From assembly GCF_009914755.1 (NCBI RefSeq), contig NC_060934.1: 64,000 nucleotides of DNA. One strand, given 5' to 3'. Both the position numbers and the translations under genes were made by a program. The notes beneath the pieces are model-generated. The model searched no databases and was not told the origin of the DNA. It saw nothing but the letters and a program-made list of their open reading frames with translations. Below, one piece after another: positions 25,271-38,874 of this stretch (position 1 is its first letter; the number at the start of each line of letters is the position of its first letter). The DNA is from the human T2T-CHM13v2.0 reference genome, Homo sapiens.

Positions 25271-25789
25271 AATTCAGCTCTTCTTAAATTTCCAATGGTG
25301 AAAATGTTACTATTTTATCATATTATTTATGAACACCTCTAATTGTTAAGGATAAATCACTGTTCAATATACGAAAAAAAATCTAACTCTCACACTGGTC
25401 CCAGCTATAGCCTCCGGTACATCATAGAATTAAATTTATCTGCCAACCAATGCTATTTTTAAAATATTTAATGATAGCCACCGTAATACCCTTTTTACCT
25501 CTGTATATTAGAGAAGTTCAAAGGTTGATTAATTTACTGGTGTAATGACATCAGAGCTCTGATTGTACCTAGTTCCTTTATTTACTCAAAATACAGTGCA
25601 GTTGCTAGGTCTTGGAAATCCTCGTCATTTTTTCTCTAGATTCTCTTGAGTTTGTTAATATTTTTCTTAAAAGCTGCTGCCTGCACCTGTGACATACTCT
25701 TGCTTACCCAGGACATATGCATCACCACCCTATTTATCTCTTCTCTTTGCCAACAGAAGCCTATTGTTTTCAGATACTGGGGAGTATTA

Positions 25790-26725
25790 TGTTTAAGAAA
25801 GGCAGCCCTGTCCCTGGACCCAAGAGGTGAACGTTGATTAGTTGAAAGCAATCACAACAAGTCTATTACTCTGCCACTGCCATGGCCACAAGATGGAGTC
25901 TTGACCTCTGAGATACAAAAGGAAGTCTTCTGGCAGGGTTTGTAGAAATGTTCTTACTCTTTATAAGACCCCAAACCTGGATTCACTCATTCCTGCCACT
26001 GGAATACTTACTTGTAATGTTTGGAAGGGCTGCAGACAACCTGAAATGATGTTAGGAGGAAATAAGATTAATGCAGAACTACCAATCCAGAGCCCCTTCA
26101 TCATTAAGCCTCTGAATTAACAAAATATTAACTTTTCCTTTTTCCAGACATTTTTATGTGAGACAATAGATTTTAGTTATTGTTTTATCCCTATTTAGAT
26201 GTGTAGAAGAGTCTGCTGATGCACCAACACATCTTCTTTGCCATCCTGAAATGATCTGCTGCTGCAATAGTTTCTAGCACTCTGACAGTTTTCCACCTCA
26301 AGCACCTGCACCTCTTCTTCTCTTCCTGAAGTTGCAATGCCGAAGTGGAGGAGAAGTTTAAGCCACTTCCCCCTTATCCCCAATCAATAAAGAAGGAGAT
26401 TTGGTGGAGTTGGAGGGTTCAGCCTTCCCACACCTGGGAGTGAGTTCAGAAACTCACTCATTTCTGAAGTGAGTTTTCTCAGAGGATTCCAAAGGAGTCC
26501 CAGTTGCCTACAGTAGAAACTTCATATTAATATGCCATTTACTGGCTCTTTTAGCTTCCTTTTCTTACTTTTATTTTTCCTAAAAACGTGCTCTACTTGA
26601 CCTTGGGGTCACCTCCTAAATAAATTACATAAGCCCAAAACCTTGTCTCAGGGTCTGCTTTTGAGGAGCCCAACTCAATATGAGTTGAGAATTCTATTAC
26701 TTGCAGCTGAAAGCATTCTAATGCA
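25790..26725 (+). mobile_element. Old MaLR LTR (MLT1J/K-like) with nested LTR16-like element at about 26200-26680
   Basis: MLT1 end ttctattacttgcagctgaaagcattctaa; LTR16 end aaataaattacat...ccttgtctcagggtctgcttttgaggagcccaact. Confidence 0.6.
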
Positions 26726-26737
26726 AATCCGATAGAG

Positions 26738-26946
26738 CAGCACTGTTCAGTAGAACTTTCTGTGACAATGGAAATGTTCCATATCTGCAGTGGTCATCAT
26801 GGGAGGTAGCCATGAGCCCCTTGTGGCTGCTAGAACACATGAAATGTGGCTAGTATGATTGAGGAACTGAACCTTTCCTTTCATTTTAATTAATTTAAAT
26901 TTAAATGGCCACATGTGGCTAGTGGCTACCATATTGGACAGCACAG
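26738..26946. mobile_element. MER3 (hAT-Charlie MITE)
   Basis: agaactttctgtgacaatggaaatgttc...tgaaatgtggctagt...ccacatgtggctagtggctaccatattggacagcac. Confidence 0.9.
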
Positions 26947-27039
26947 CTCTAGATGCATTTCAGTGAGTATAGAATGAATGAAACAATTACACCCTTGCCT
27001 TAGACATCAGAATTATATTCCACAACCATATAGTTTGCA

Positions 27040-27960
27040 CAATAAAGAATTAGGCTAGGCCAGACTCTGTGAAGAATACAAAGATGAATAAAATAAACAG
27101 CTCCTGCCTTCCAAAACTCAAGTGTATTCAGGGAGGCATACATGCAAGTATATTCATACACGGGATACATGTTGCAAGAGTGGCATTTGGAAATAAGAGG
27201 ATGTGGAAACAAAGCACATTTGGAAATAAGAGGATGCACAATTGATTTCTACTATGGGAATCTAAGAACTCTTCACTGAGGTAGCATTTGAGCTTCATCT
27301 TGAAAATGAATAGAATGTCTTTGGGGAGGGACCAAGGGAAAATTACATTTATAACAAAGAAAAGAGACACATGGAAGCAATATAAACAAGAGGCATGAGA
27401 GGGCAAGCAGTATGGTAAATCTGGGCTACAGACCAAGATGCTAGGTGAGGTCCAGAATATGCAGAGCTTTGAATTCCATGTGCGCACACTTAGATTTTTT
27501 TTTCTGTGAGCAGTAGTCATCAAAATATTTGAACTTTGGTGTTGATGATGGTATTGTCAATGACATAATTGGTTACAGATGGAAACAATTAGAGACATGG
27601 AAATCAGTTAGGAGTTTACAGCATTACCCCATATGAGAAATAATATCGATGTTATTTTTGCTTATAGCATCAAGAATAAAATGAGAAGGAGTTTCAAACC
27701 CATCTCATAGGTAGGCGTGGCAGGTCCTGACCATAAACTAAAAGTAGACTATGAGAAAGAGCTGGAGATGGCCCTGAAGAGAACATATGGGAGAAACAGG
27801 TTTGAGGGGGGAAAATAATGAGTCTATCAAGATGAAAGAGATGCTCAGGAGACATCTGGACATACAAATGTTGGGTTTGATGGTCAGCTTTGTCAAAAGA
27901 TGCAGAGTTTAAGGAGGAAGAAGAATGAGAGGAAGCTCTTAAAGTTTACTCATAGCTCAA
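27040..27960 (-). mobile_element. Degraded L2
   Basis: gcatttgagcttcatcttgaaaatgaatag, agagctttgaattccatg and other purine-rich antisense L2 phrasing. Confidence 0.55.
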
Positions 27961-28281
27961 GGAGGATGAAAAGGTTTGGAAAAACCAAAGGGAAACAAAG
28001 GAATAGATTATGTATCTTTCTAAGAACCACATTATACTTTCCACTAATATTGAGCAAAAGATTGTTATTTGTTTCTGCTACAGTGTCTTGTTGATTTGAA
28101 TGCATGATTCCCATCTACTGAGCTTCTGTTTATCTATTACTCATTGCACAGAAAAGTTACTGAATTTTTCTGATGGTTTTCTTTTGTATTTTTAGTCTAA
28201 GGAAGTTATTTAAAATATAAAATACTGAATAAAAGGGAAAGCTAATCATTTTCCTGGAAAAGTAAGCAAGACTGTAAAAAT

Positions 28282-28690
28282 TGTGACATGGATGCTGTGG
28301 TGCACTGCCCATATTCCTATTCAAGATCAAGGCATTCATTCCCAGAGACTGAGAGCATTGGTTACTGACAGCTCGTAACTGAGTCTTTCTCCAGAAACTG
28401 CCCTTGGCCTTGCCCACTACACCTTTTTCTTGGCGGTAGCTTGTCCATTAACTGGTTGCTGTAGCTCTTTTGTTTAATTCCAGTCAATTCAGAAGAACAA
28501 TTCTAGCCTCAGAGCTCCCTATGGAATCAGTCGCAACCCTCTGTTGCAACTCCATCACAGTTTAACTTCTCCCTTTGCATTCTCTCTTCTCTTACAGGTG
28601 TTATTCCCATGAGATTCCCAAATAAACTTCCTGCATGCAAATCTCCATCTCAGCATCTGTTTCCCTGAGGAGGAACCAACCTAAAATGAA
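28282..28690 (+). mobile_element. LTR16-like ERVL solo LTR
   Basis: gatgctgtggtgcactgccca...gagctcccta...aataaacttcctgcatgcaaatctccatctcag...aaccaacctaa. Confidence 0.8.
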
Positions 28691-29404
28691 TTGCAAATTA
28701 AAATCTCAGTGGGTACTTTTTAACTTAACAAAACCATTTTAGACATAATTTAAAGCATCAGGATTCTTTTTACATTTGAAAAAGAAGATTAATGAGGATG
28801 ACTTTTTTAACATTCTATTAATTTAATCAGCATGTCACTAGTACAATAATGAAGAGACAAATGAATAGATGAGAATAGATATCTTAGAAACAGATCCTAC
28901 AATATACAAGAATGTATTATATTATCAAGGCCATTGACATCATAAATTATGATAAAGATTAATGGCATAACAAATCAAAGAGGAAGGGAAAGATTATTCA
29001 ATAAATGATTCTGGGACAACAGGATGAAAAAATAAATTTAATCCTTATATTATATACTGAAATAAGTCCCAAATGGATTGAAAATATCATCATAGTTCAA
29101 TTTTACTAATAATCAAAGAAGAAAATTTGGGCATCAATGAGATACTACCTTTTGCTTGTCATATTGTTGGAAAAGAGTATCTTCATATCTGTTGGTGGAA
29201 TATAAATTGTTATAGCTTCTGAAGCACAATCTGCCACTCACTATGAAAATTTGAAGTGTGTATGTCTTTGATTACTTGATGAATATATATAATATTAATA
29301 ATATATGTATATATAATAAATTTCACAAACCTTAAGAGTTTTTACAAATTTATATATTTATGTACATGTAAAAATAAATGTCAACATTTCTGTAACCATC
29401 ACTC

Positions 29405-30021
29405 TGTGGGGCTCAGAAAATGATACCCTATAAGTATGGCACTTTGACATGCTGAGTACTGTGAACTGAAGAACACTGGAAGGGCCTCAAAAGCAAGTTC
29501 TCTCTGACCTTCTCTTGCTCTCCTGTCTCCCACTCCTTTCTCCACAGAAGTGAGTCAAAGCAACCAGAATTTCCCTTCCCAAGGTAAGTCATAGAAACTG
29601 GAAGCCCTCTCCCCCACAGCAAGTCCTAAAACCTACAAAAGTTACTCTCTCCCTTGAATACCCTCATTCCAGAGGGGACCAGCCCCATACCCATGAGGAA
29701 AGGATGCTACACAGAGAAGCCAAGAAGAGTCTGCATGGATAGGCCTTACTGGCTTCCTCACCTGAGTGTATCACCATTAATTAGTTGATACCTCTTTGTC
29801 CAATCACATTTCTACATGGCTGTCCCCAGTTTAAGGACAAAAACAGACAGTTTCCCCTTGAGTCTTTGAGTCTTCATTTTTGAAGGCTTCCATGTCACAA
29901 AAAAATCTTTGATTAAATAAATTGATGTTTTTCTCTTGTAAACTTGTATTTTGTTATAGGAGTATCAGCTGTGACCCTTATGATGGGTGAGGAAAGTTAT
30001 CACACCCTTTCTGTCCCTACA
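29405..30021 (+). mobile_element. ERV1-class solo LTR (MER31-like)
   Basis: TG...CA ends, tgtggggctcagaaaatgataccc...tttgacatgctgagtact, and perfect 4-bp TSD actc/actc. Confidence 0.85.
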
Positions 30022-30109
30022 ACTCAAATGAAGATCTAAAACATTTTCAGCACTTCAGAAGTTTTCCTGGTGCCCTATCCTGGATAGTAACCTTCCCTAC
30101 CCCCTACAA

Positions 30110-30800
30110 ATAAGTGAATAAGACAGAGACCGTGTCCTAGCTTTCATGGAACTTATGACCTACTGAGGAATGCAAATTGTTTAGTTAAGTAAACAATTAC
30201 ACAAATGATTGTTTATTAATAATTGATATTACTATTACAATGGAAAACTCAAAGTATGAAAAGAGAAATGTAATTTAGTTTGGTGAAACTGAGAAAAGAC
30301 AAATCTGAAGAAGTAATCTTTAATGCGAAGAATGAGTAGGAGTTAGTTAGGCAAAGAGAATAGGGAGGAAAGAGCATCCCGAGGAGAGGAAATAGTATGT
30401 GGCTTGAGTAGGAAAACAGCTTCAAGGAGATAAAAAATAAAAATACTGTTGGTAAGCAGAAAAGAGGTAATGCAGGAAACTGGAGGAACAGGCAGGAGCC
30501 AGTCCCTGCAGGGCCTTATAAACTGGTTAAGGATGTGTGTTTTAATCTAATTGTAATGGAAAACTACTCCATGGCTTGAAAGGAAAGTGCATTTTTAAAT
30601 GATCATTGTGGACCACTGTGAAGATAATGCATTGTTGAGAAGACGGAATTGAAGTTGGAAGCCACTTTTAGGCTATTGTAAGAGATGATGATGACTTGGA
30701 CCATAAAAGCGGCTTTGAAACAAAAATACACGGGAAATTAAAGATGCAGTTTGAAAGGTGCATCCACTGGATTCAATGACTGATGGGATGAGAAGGGTAA
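30110..30800 (-). mobile_element. L2 fragments
   Basis: gctttcatggaacttat...gaagaatgagtaggagttag...gcagggccttataaac...aggctattg. Confidence 0.7.
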
Positions 30801-31118
30801 GTGTAAAGAAGATTGCAAATTCATATAAAAGAAAAGTTCTAAAGGATATACATCAAACTGCTAGTAGTTATCTCTGATTTGGGTTTGGGTGAGGAGGGGA
30901 GATGAAGACAGACTTTCACATTTTATTCTGTATAGTCCAAATGAAAATGGTGATGATAGTGGTGGTGGTGGCATTAGTAGTATTAGTACTAGTAGCGGTA
31001 CTAATAATAATACTAGTAGTAGTAGTTTAGAGTTATTAAGTGATCTTGCATTATCATCTTTAATTTATTACATTGTTTAATAGAAATGACATAATTTAAA
31101 AGATCACTTATTTGATTT

Positions 31119-31900
31119 TATAAAGCAAAAAGTATCTGAGACTCCTCTCTCTCAATCAGTTTAGAAGTTTGTTTTGCCAAGTTTAAGGATGGGCCCATGA
31201 ACAGCTTCAGAAGGTCCTGAGAAGGTTGGGTCACAGCTTGATTTTATACATTTTAGGTGGGCAGAAGTTACAGACAACTATCAATCAATACATGTTGGTG
31301 TATATTGGTTCAGCCTGGAGGGGCAGGACATCTCAAAGCAGGGGTGGGAGGGAAGGGGGTGTTCCAGTTCATAGATGGATTCAAAGATTTCCTGACTGGC
31401 AAATCTTTGAAAGAGTTGTTTTGCCTGAAGAGTTGAAATCAGCAGAAAGAAATTCCTGGAGTTAAGATAAGGGGGTTTGTGGAAGCCAAGGTTCTTATTA
31501 TGTAGATGAAACCTCCAGCTATTGGGCTTCAGAGACATAAATGGTAAATTTCTTCTTATTAAACGAAGGGCCATTTGAAAATATGTCAAAGAAATATATT
31601 TTGGGGTAAAATGCTTTGATTCTTTTCAGGGCCTGTTATCTGTCATGTGATGCTATGCTAGTCAGGTTGGAATTTGGTATCATTGCTACAAAAAGTCTGT
31701 TTTGTCAGTCTTAAGATTTCTTTTTTAATGTCAATGCTGGTAGGTCATGGTGCCTGAATTCCAATGGGAGGAGAGTATAATGAGGCATGTCTGACCTCCA
31801 CTTTCCATCATGGCCTGAACTAGTTTTTCAGGTTAACTTTGGAATGCCCTTGGCCAAAAAGAGGGGTCGGCAGGGCTTAGAATTTTATTTTTTGTTTATA
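31119..31900 (-). mobile_element. MER4-group ERV1 solo LTR
   Basis: tctcaatcagtttagaagtttgttttgccaag...cagcttgattttatacattttagg...catggcctgaactagtttttcaggttaactttggaatgccc...cttagaattttatttt. Confidence 0.85.
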
Positions 31901-34900
31901 TTCTCATAAAATAATTGTTATTCTATAAATGAAATATAATTCAAATTAAAAGGCAAAAATAAACTGGAAAAAATATTGCAATAAGTATCACAATGGATTG
32001 AGATCACTTCTATATAAAAAGCTCATACAAATTGTTAAGGTTTGTATGAGGATTTCCATACCAATCAGCAATTCACAAAGGAAGAAATAGTAATATTTAA
32101 TAGATATGGCAATCAAGAAAATGGGAACACAATCCCTTTTTTGTCCTATCAAATTAGCAGAGATTAACTAAAGAAGAATCTGCAGGGGGTAGGGTGAGGA
32201 GGAGGAACCCGTGAGACAGGCCATCTCGAGCATTAATGATTGTGAGTTAAATTGTTGTGGTCTGGTAGTTAGGTGATATAAAAATTGTAACTATGTCATT
32301 ACCATTTTTATAACCTTTGACTTGAACTTCTACCTTAGGGACTCTATTATAAAGAAATTAGTATAAATGTGAAGAGATATGTATGCCCAAAGGCATTCCT
32401 TACAGCCATTATTCATAACAGAATGCTGGAAATAATATAATGCAGAATGGTAAATGGTTAGGGCAATTATAGCATATTCTTGACTCTTGTAAAGTCATTT
32501 AAATGTACATGGAGACATGCTTAAGCTCTAATTTTAAGTTAAAGCATGTTTTTAACGTCTTCTTGGCCCAGCATCCCTCTATGCCCTCACCTGTGCCAGC
32601 CATACACAACCTTAGTCATACCAATATCAGAAACCAGATTTTAGCCCAGTCTAGCCAAACTTAGGCAATCTGTGGCAGGCCCATTTACATACCTGCCTAC
32701 CAGATCCTGTCTTTCACTCAGATCTCCAGCCACTCCATTTAAAACAAATGCTATTCACTCTCTTTAGGCAACCTGCAAAAGAACTCAGGTATATGGGATC
32801 ACTGAAATCAGCGACTCTCTATACGTCATAAGGAACACATTCCAGAACAAATAAATTATAAACTTAGAGCTGTGAGATAAGCTGAAAATCTATTTAAAAT
32901 AAAAGGAGTGATGCTATATGCTGAATATAGATAGAAGAGAACAACAGCCTGTATGAAGGTTAAGAAAAAGGAAAGCTGAGAATCCGTACTTCTCAGTGTA
33001 ACCAGTACTCCACCCTGTAGGTAACAGGCACTCAAAATCTATTTGTTAATGATGATGTTTTAAGATAGTTTGTCTTCCCACTAGAAGGCAAAGTATTTGA
33101 AGACTAACTTGCTGACTTGCTTACTTGTGTAGACACTTGCATAGCTGGAACAGTGTTTACACCCAAGATGTACTTATTTCATTCCCGAAACAACCAGCCT
33201 TGAGAGAAGTACACTGAAAAAGCATAGACTGAATAACCTCTAGGGAATGGAACTGGGAAAGGATAACAGAGGAGAGCCCTCTGTTTATTTATTCAAATAC
33301 TTCACTTTTTACATCATAATTTTGTATTATTTTTGACCCTTTTTTACAATTGGTATGTATTTTGTTAAAAGTAAATATGTAAAAGCATATTACTATGTTT
33401 TACCTAATCTTCCACTGTTTTAATTATACAGGTATCAGAGGAATATGGTATATATATTGTATATCTATATATTACTCACCTTCGAACCCAGGATAAGAAA
33501 TAGCTACTCAAATCAAACCCAAGACGAAAGTAATACTGTTAGTGATGGTGGCAGCAGTTATAATAGCAGTAATAACAGTAGTAGAAGCAGTATTAGTAGC
33601 TAGTAATAGTAGTGCCTTATGTATGTTTCCTCAACCCTTGTGGTTTTTCAATGACCTTACATTATTTCCTTTGTCCTATCAAACAGCACTGTGAAGCCAT
33701 TGTGAAATCATTTCCATTTAACTAAAGGGAGAAGTAAAGGTCAAAGTGTTTGCCTAACAAATGACACACAGATAATGAATGGTAGAACCAAAACAAAATT
33801 TTGCAATTTGATTCTTAAACTAGTTTCAGTTTCACTATTTTTCCAGACACTTGCATATGCAATTATCCCAAGTGGATCCATATACAATTTGACTCTCCAA
33901 ATATTAGGGCCACTGGTACATTATAATTTTAAGGGCGTTGTATTTCTCAATATGAAAAAAATGTAATCCAAGAATAAGCCTAACAATAAGAGTAATAACT
34001 CTAGGATCTTCTGATTTTTATTTGTCTCAGGTCAATGACCATTTTCCCAGTGTAGGTAAAACTAGAAAGGTGTAAAAATGAAATTCAGTGTGTCCATGGG
34101 ACATGTAATTTTGAAGTTGTTCTGAGTAGGAAATAATGTTCTACAGTGGCTGAAAATGAAAATTGCCTTGCAAGGTTATCTGGATTTTGAAAATCGTCAT
34201 TATGAACCCTAAGCTTAATGTAAACTTTGTGTAAGTTACCACCTTATAGCAACTTGTGCTAACAAATGCCATCCCTAAATCCTATCATCTGATGACAATT
34301 AAGAAGCCTTATAAAAATCCTTTTCCTGAGCAACTCACTTCCTGCCAAAGAAACTGTAAATCTTCACTTTAAACTACAACATCTGCTGAGGCATGCGTGT
34401 CAGGTGGCCATTTTTAAATTGTGAATTTTAGCATCCATGAAGTCTGTCGGTTTGTTATTTTCATGTTGCTGTGAGTCACTTCTGAACTGTCATTTCCTCT
34501 TACTTTTACATTCCTAAAGCTTTGCTATACTCGGATACTCACTGGAATATCGAATACTCTGTTGTTCCTGTAGGGGTCAAGCCCTCTTTTCTGTGTTATG
34601 GTAACTCACCCATATCATCATCACTACCAGCTCTGCCATCATCACCCCCATCTCTGCCATCATCACCCAAGAGACATTTACCCTATATCTCCTTGAGCAC
34701 ACACTCTGTATAAGACCTGATTCCTTTTTTCCAAAGGTACCATCCCTCTTCACTGAATTCTCAAAAATTTTATTCTTCTCTGAAGTATTTCAATGGCAGT
34801 TATACATTTATTTTATTGCATCAGTGGACTATTCTTTCCATTTAGATTCTTATCTCTTTTTCTATTATCTTATCTCAAGATAATAGGAAAAGATGAAACT

Positions 34901-35189
34901 GATGCTACTGCTGATTTTGAAGTCTTAACATTTTGTAGTGAGTATTTTCTGGGACTAAACATGTGTGCTATGCATTCAATTTGAGAAGAAAGATGAGAAA
35001 GTTAAGTATCAAGAGAGAATACCTTGAAGAATAATTCTTAAGAGTCCATAAATAATTTCCAGCATAAATCCTTTCAGAAGGGAAAACATGAGCTGAGAAA
35101 AACATCCCTCTGTTTAGCTAATCCACATATAGTGGTTTGGGTGTTACATTTTCTTATGAGTTAGCATTTTGGGGGAATTTGCTATGTAT

Positions 35190-35380
35190 CAAGAACACTT
35201 TAAAGCATTTTACGTGCAATATCTCATATAAACGTCACAATAACTTCAAAGGTAGCTATTATTATACACACTTTCTGGAGGAGAAAACAAAGGCTTAGAG
35301 AATTTGAATGATTTTTCCAAACTAAATAGCTAATAAGAAGCAAGAGCCAAGGCTTAAACAAAGATCTTTCTCTAGATAAA
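35190..35380 (-). mobile_element. MIR
   Basis: taaagcattttacgtgc...ctcat...cacaataac...ggtagctattattat...gagaaaacaaaggcttagaga. Confidence 0.75.
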
Positions 35381-35699
35381 GTCCAAACGTTTGGTCAAGT
35401 ATGGAAAAAGGTTCTACTAGATTTTACTAGATTCAATGAATCTATATTGCGTTAGAGCCAGTAAAAATTATTGTGGGATATATTGCCTAATCTTGGTTTA
35501 GTTATTTCATTCATTAAACCTGTCTTAAGCACATATTATGTATTGGGCACCATGTAGGTATAGCCATTAAAGCTCCAACATTCTGGACACAGAATGGAGA
35601 AAAAAAATAAACAGAAAGGGAAGTATATAAGATGAATTATAAGGCAGTTAAAGTTACAAATTATGGGACAAAAAAAGAAAGAACTGGCTATGCATAAAT

Positions 35700-36170
35700 A
35701 TAGTGGAAATGATGTAGGGATTGCAGCAGATTATAAGTTACATATCAGTCAGAAATGCAATGCTGTTTGAAAATAACACAAAGACATAAAATGTAACTGC
35801 AAATAATGTTCTCTTCATATTTAGCTTTGGCTAAACTGTTATGAGGACAAGCTATTCCAGAGCAACCATGTTGTAAGAAAGCTATGGGAAACTTGAAGAG
35901 GGTCCATAGTTCTACAGTGAAAATAATTAAAAAGAAAGAAGAAAAGAAATCTTTAAAGAAATACTTTAGGATTTGTGGTTATTTTGTCTGACGAAAGCAA
36001 AAACGTGAACAAGGAGAGCCTTAGTAACTATTTCAACATACAGAGAACTTTTCAGAGGATGGGAAAAAGTTGTTCCACTTTTCCATTAGAGAGAGAATAA
36101 AAGAAATGTATGTTCCTTAGAGGATGATACCATCAATGTGTTAAAGAGGTCATTCTTTATCCTATTCAGA
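35700..36170 (+). mobile_element. CR1/L3 LINE remnant
   Basis: ataagttacatatcagtcagaaatgcaatgctg...aacttgaagagggtcca...aactatttcaacatac...ttgttccactttt resembles the CR1 ORF2 3' region. Confidence 0.55.
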
Positions 36171-37349
36171 AAGAGACATCCTAATTCTCCTCTTGGGACT
36201 TGTAAGTAGACAGAAACAAAAACTTTAAGATGATCAGAGGGCAAAAGTTTCTCTTCTCACCCTTTCTCTGACACACATGCAGCCAGAGAGTGCCTACTTA
36301 ACAATCAATGACATACATAATTGTGCAACGTAAATGGTGTTACCTTTACTGAAAGTTGATAAAACATATAGGTGTGAAACTCGTTTGTTGTCCACATATT
36401 TTATAAAACTGTATTTTTTACCAAAATCAAAAAATTTCAGATAATAATTTAAATTGTTTCTCTAATTTTTTAAAGATCAAAACATGTGGCGACCTGATCC
36501 CCATTCTTAGTGGGCTGGAGGTGTGTACTTTATCTCACATTAAATAGTGCATATGCCTTCCATTTATCTGAGTCTCCAACATTTCCTATAATATGCATAC
36601 CTGACCTATTTCATTCATTCAAGTTACCTGGTTAATCTCTTTAGACTTTTGATACTGCAACTACTGGCACAAGTTAAAGAAGGACCGTTGGGTGACTTCA
36701 CTAAACCTACTTAGTGTACACAGTTTCTCACATGGAGCCCTATTCTTAACATTTTATTTAGAACTGGGCAACCAAATTCTGGCTGGTATGGAGTGCCTGA
36801 GCAGTAGTGCACAAAGAGGAGACACAGAAAAACAAATACTCCATGGTCTTCCAAAAGTATTCTATGGAGCTAGGTTTCTCCAGGTAAGATTGGTACAATG
36901 TGCCAGGAGCCACTCCAAGCTACAAAAGATTGTGGCAGCTGATCTCTTGGATGATTATTTTTATTCATTGAGGAGTCACTTAAAACATGATTTTCATATT
37001 AAAGTATTATCATATGCAAAATTCGAAAACAAGATAAAGTATGAAATTTCAGAGACATTTTGTCATTTGTAACAGAGAATCCAGGTTTGCAAACTTTTGC
37101 ATACTTTTGGTGGGTATTTTGCTGGCAACGTTTGAGGAGCATTACTAGATTTCCACAAACTCTAAATTATTTTAAGTTGTATCTCCCGTGACCTAAACCT
37201 CTCCTGAATCTCTTCTTGGAAGCCTTACAAGCACAAGGGTATGTGTCCAATGAAGAAGTAAATCCTAATTAAGATTATTCCCACCAAAATTAAGCAACTT
37301 TTCATTTGAAATATTGTTTTTTAAATGATCTCCAACACACTAATTCAGC

Positions 37350-37560
37350 ATAATGTCTTCGGTTATGGACACATGTCTGGAGTCAGATTGCCTGGGCTCT
37401 CTATCACTCAATAGCTGTATGATCTTGAATGAGTAACTTAACCTTCATGGGCTCCAATGTCTTCATAGGTTCTTCATAATATTGTTAAGAGGTTTAAATG
37501 TGTCAACATTTGTAAGGCATCTAGAATAATATGTGATAAATAGCAAGTGGTACAAATCTT
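37350..37560 (+). mobile_element. MIR
   Basis: tctggagtcagattgcctggg...tagctgtatgatcttg...ttgttaagaggtttaaatg. Confidence 0.8.
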
Positions 37561-37809
37561 CCTATGGGGAATGCTAAAGTTTTTTTTCTAAAGCTTTGTT
37601 TTCAGGTGGAAGAAATATGACCATTCACATAATAAGCTTTATGACCTCATCCTGAGGTGGTAATCTTGGGTAAAATATATCTATCAACCAACCCTCTAGT
37701 GACCCAACCTTTAGTTTAGCATTAAAGGGAAAGGAAAGTACTGAAAAATGAGGACCAACTCTCAACAACTATTTAAGCGTGTTTTGACATCTCAAAAAGC
37801 AGTAGCAAA

Positions 37810-38196
37810 GCAAAGAGAAAGAAAGAAAGAAAAGAAAAAAAGAAGGAAGGAAGGAGGAAGGAAGGAAGGAAGGAAGAAAGAAAAAAGAAAGAAAGGGAAA
37901 AGAAAAGAAAAGAAAGAGAGAGGGAGGAAGGGAGGGAGGGAAGGAAGGAAGGAGAAGGGAAGGGAGGAAGGAAGGAAGGGAAAGAAAGAAAAGAAAGAAA
38001 AAGAAATAAAGAAAGAAAGAGGGCAGGGAGGGAGAGGGAGGCGCAGGGAGGGAGGAAGGGAAGAAGCAAGAAAGAAAGAAGAAGAAGGAAGAAAGAAAGA
38101 GATAAGGAAGGAAGGAAAGAAAAGAAGGAAGGGAGAGAAATAAAGAAAGAGAGAGAAAGAAAGAGAAAGAGAGAGAGAGAAAAAGAAAGAAAGAAA

Positions 38197-38256
<60 letters not shown>

Positions 38257-38490
38257 AAAGAAAGAAAGAAAGAAAAAAGAAAGAAGGGAAAGGAAGGAAG
38301 AAAGGGAGAGAGGCAGGAAGGGAGGGAGGGAGGAAGAGGGAGGGAGGGAGGGGGAGAGAGGGAAGAGGGAGGGAGGAAGGAAGGGAGGGAAAGAAAGGAA
38401 GAAAGGAAGGAAGGAGGGAAAGAAGGAAGGAAGGAAGGAAGGAAGGAAGGAAGGAAGGAAGGAAGGAGCTAGAAAGAGGAAGAAAACTGG
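37810..38490. repeat. About 680-bp polypurine complex microsatellite (GAAA/GGAA/GGGA/GA)
   Basis: Nearly pure A/G; about 15 perfect GAAA units (38199-38258) and about 10 perfect GGAA units (38425-38464). Confidence 0.97.
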
Positions 38491-38874
38491 GACAAACAGA
38501 AGCCCTGCCAAATAGTACTTATTTCAGAAATGTGAGAGACTTGATCTCTAAATTTTATTTTGAAGAATCACATTTTAAGTAAAAGTACAAACATTTAATG
38601 CTGTATTATACTCTGTGGCATTTAAATGAGACTAATTATATTTATTTATGGGTATTGTTTTTTACCTCTGTGGTTTTTTTTTTTTTTTGTCTGAAATATT
38701 TTTAAAGCACAGGGCCTATTCCAAATACCTTATCCAAAAGATTAACAACACCCAACTAGATGATGGAAGCTTATTCAAGGAATAAGGACCCATGGTTTTG
38801 TGCTATTATAATATACTCCATAATTAAAAGGTAGTAAAAACTTGGCAATCTCAGGTTTTTCTGATTAGCCTTGC

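Noticed and set aside
37748-38511. Longest ORFs in the track (239, 131 and 98 aa)
   Set aside because: They are translations of the polypurine microsatellite; stops are absent only because of base composition.
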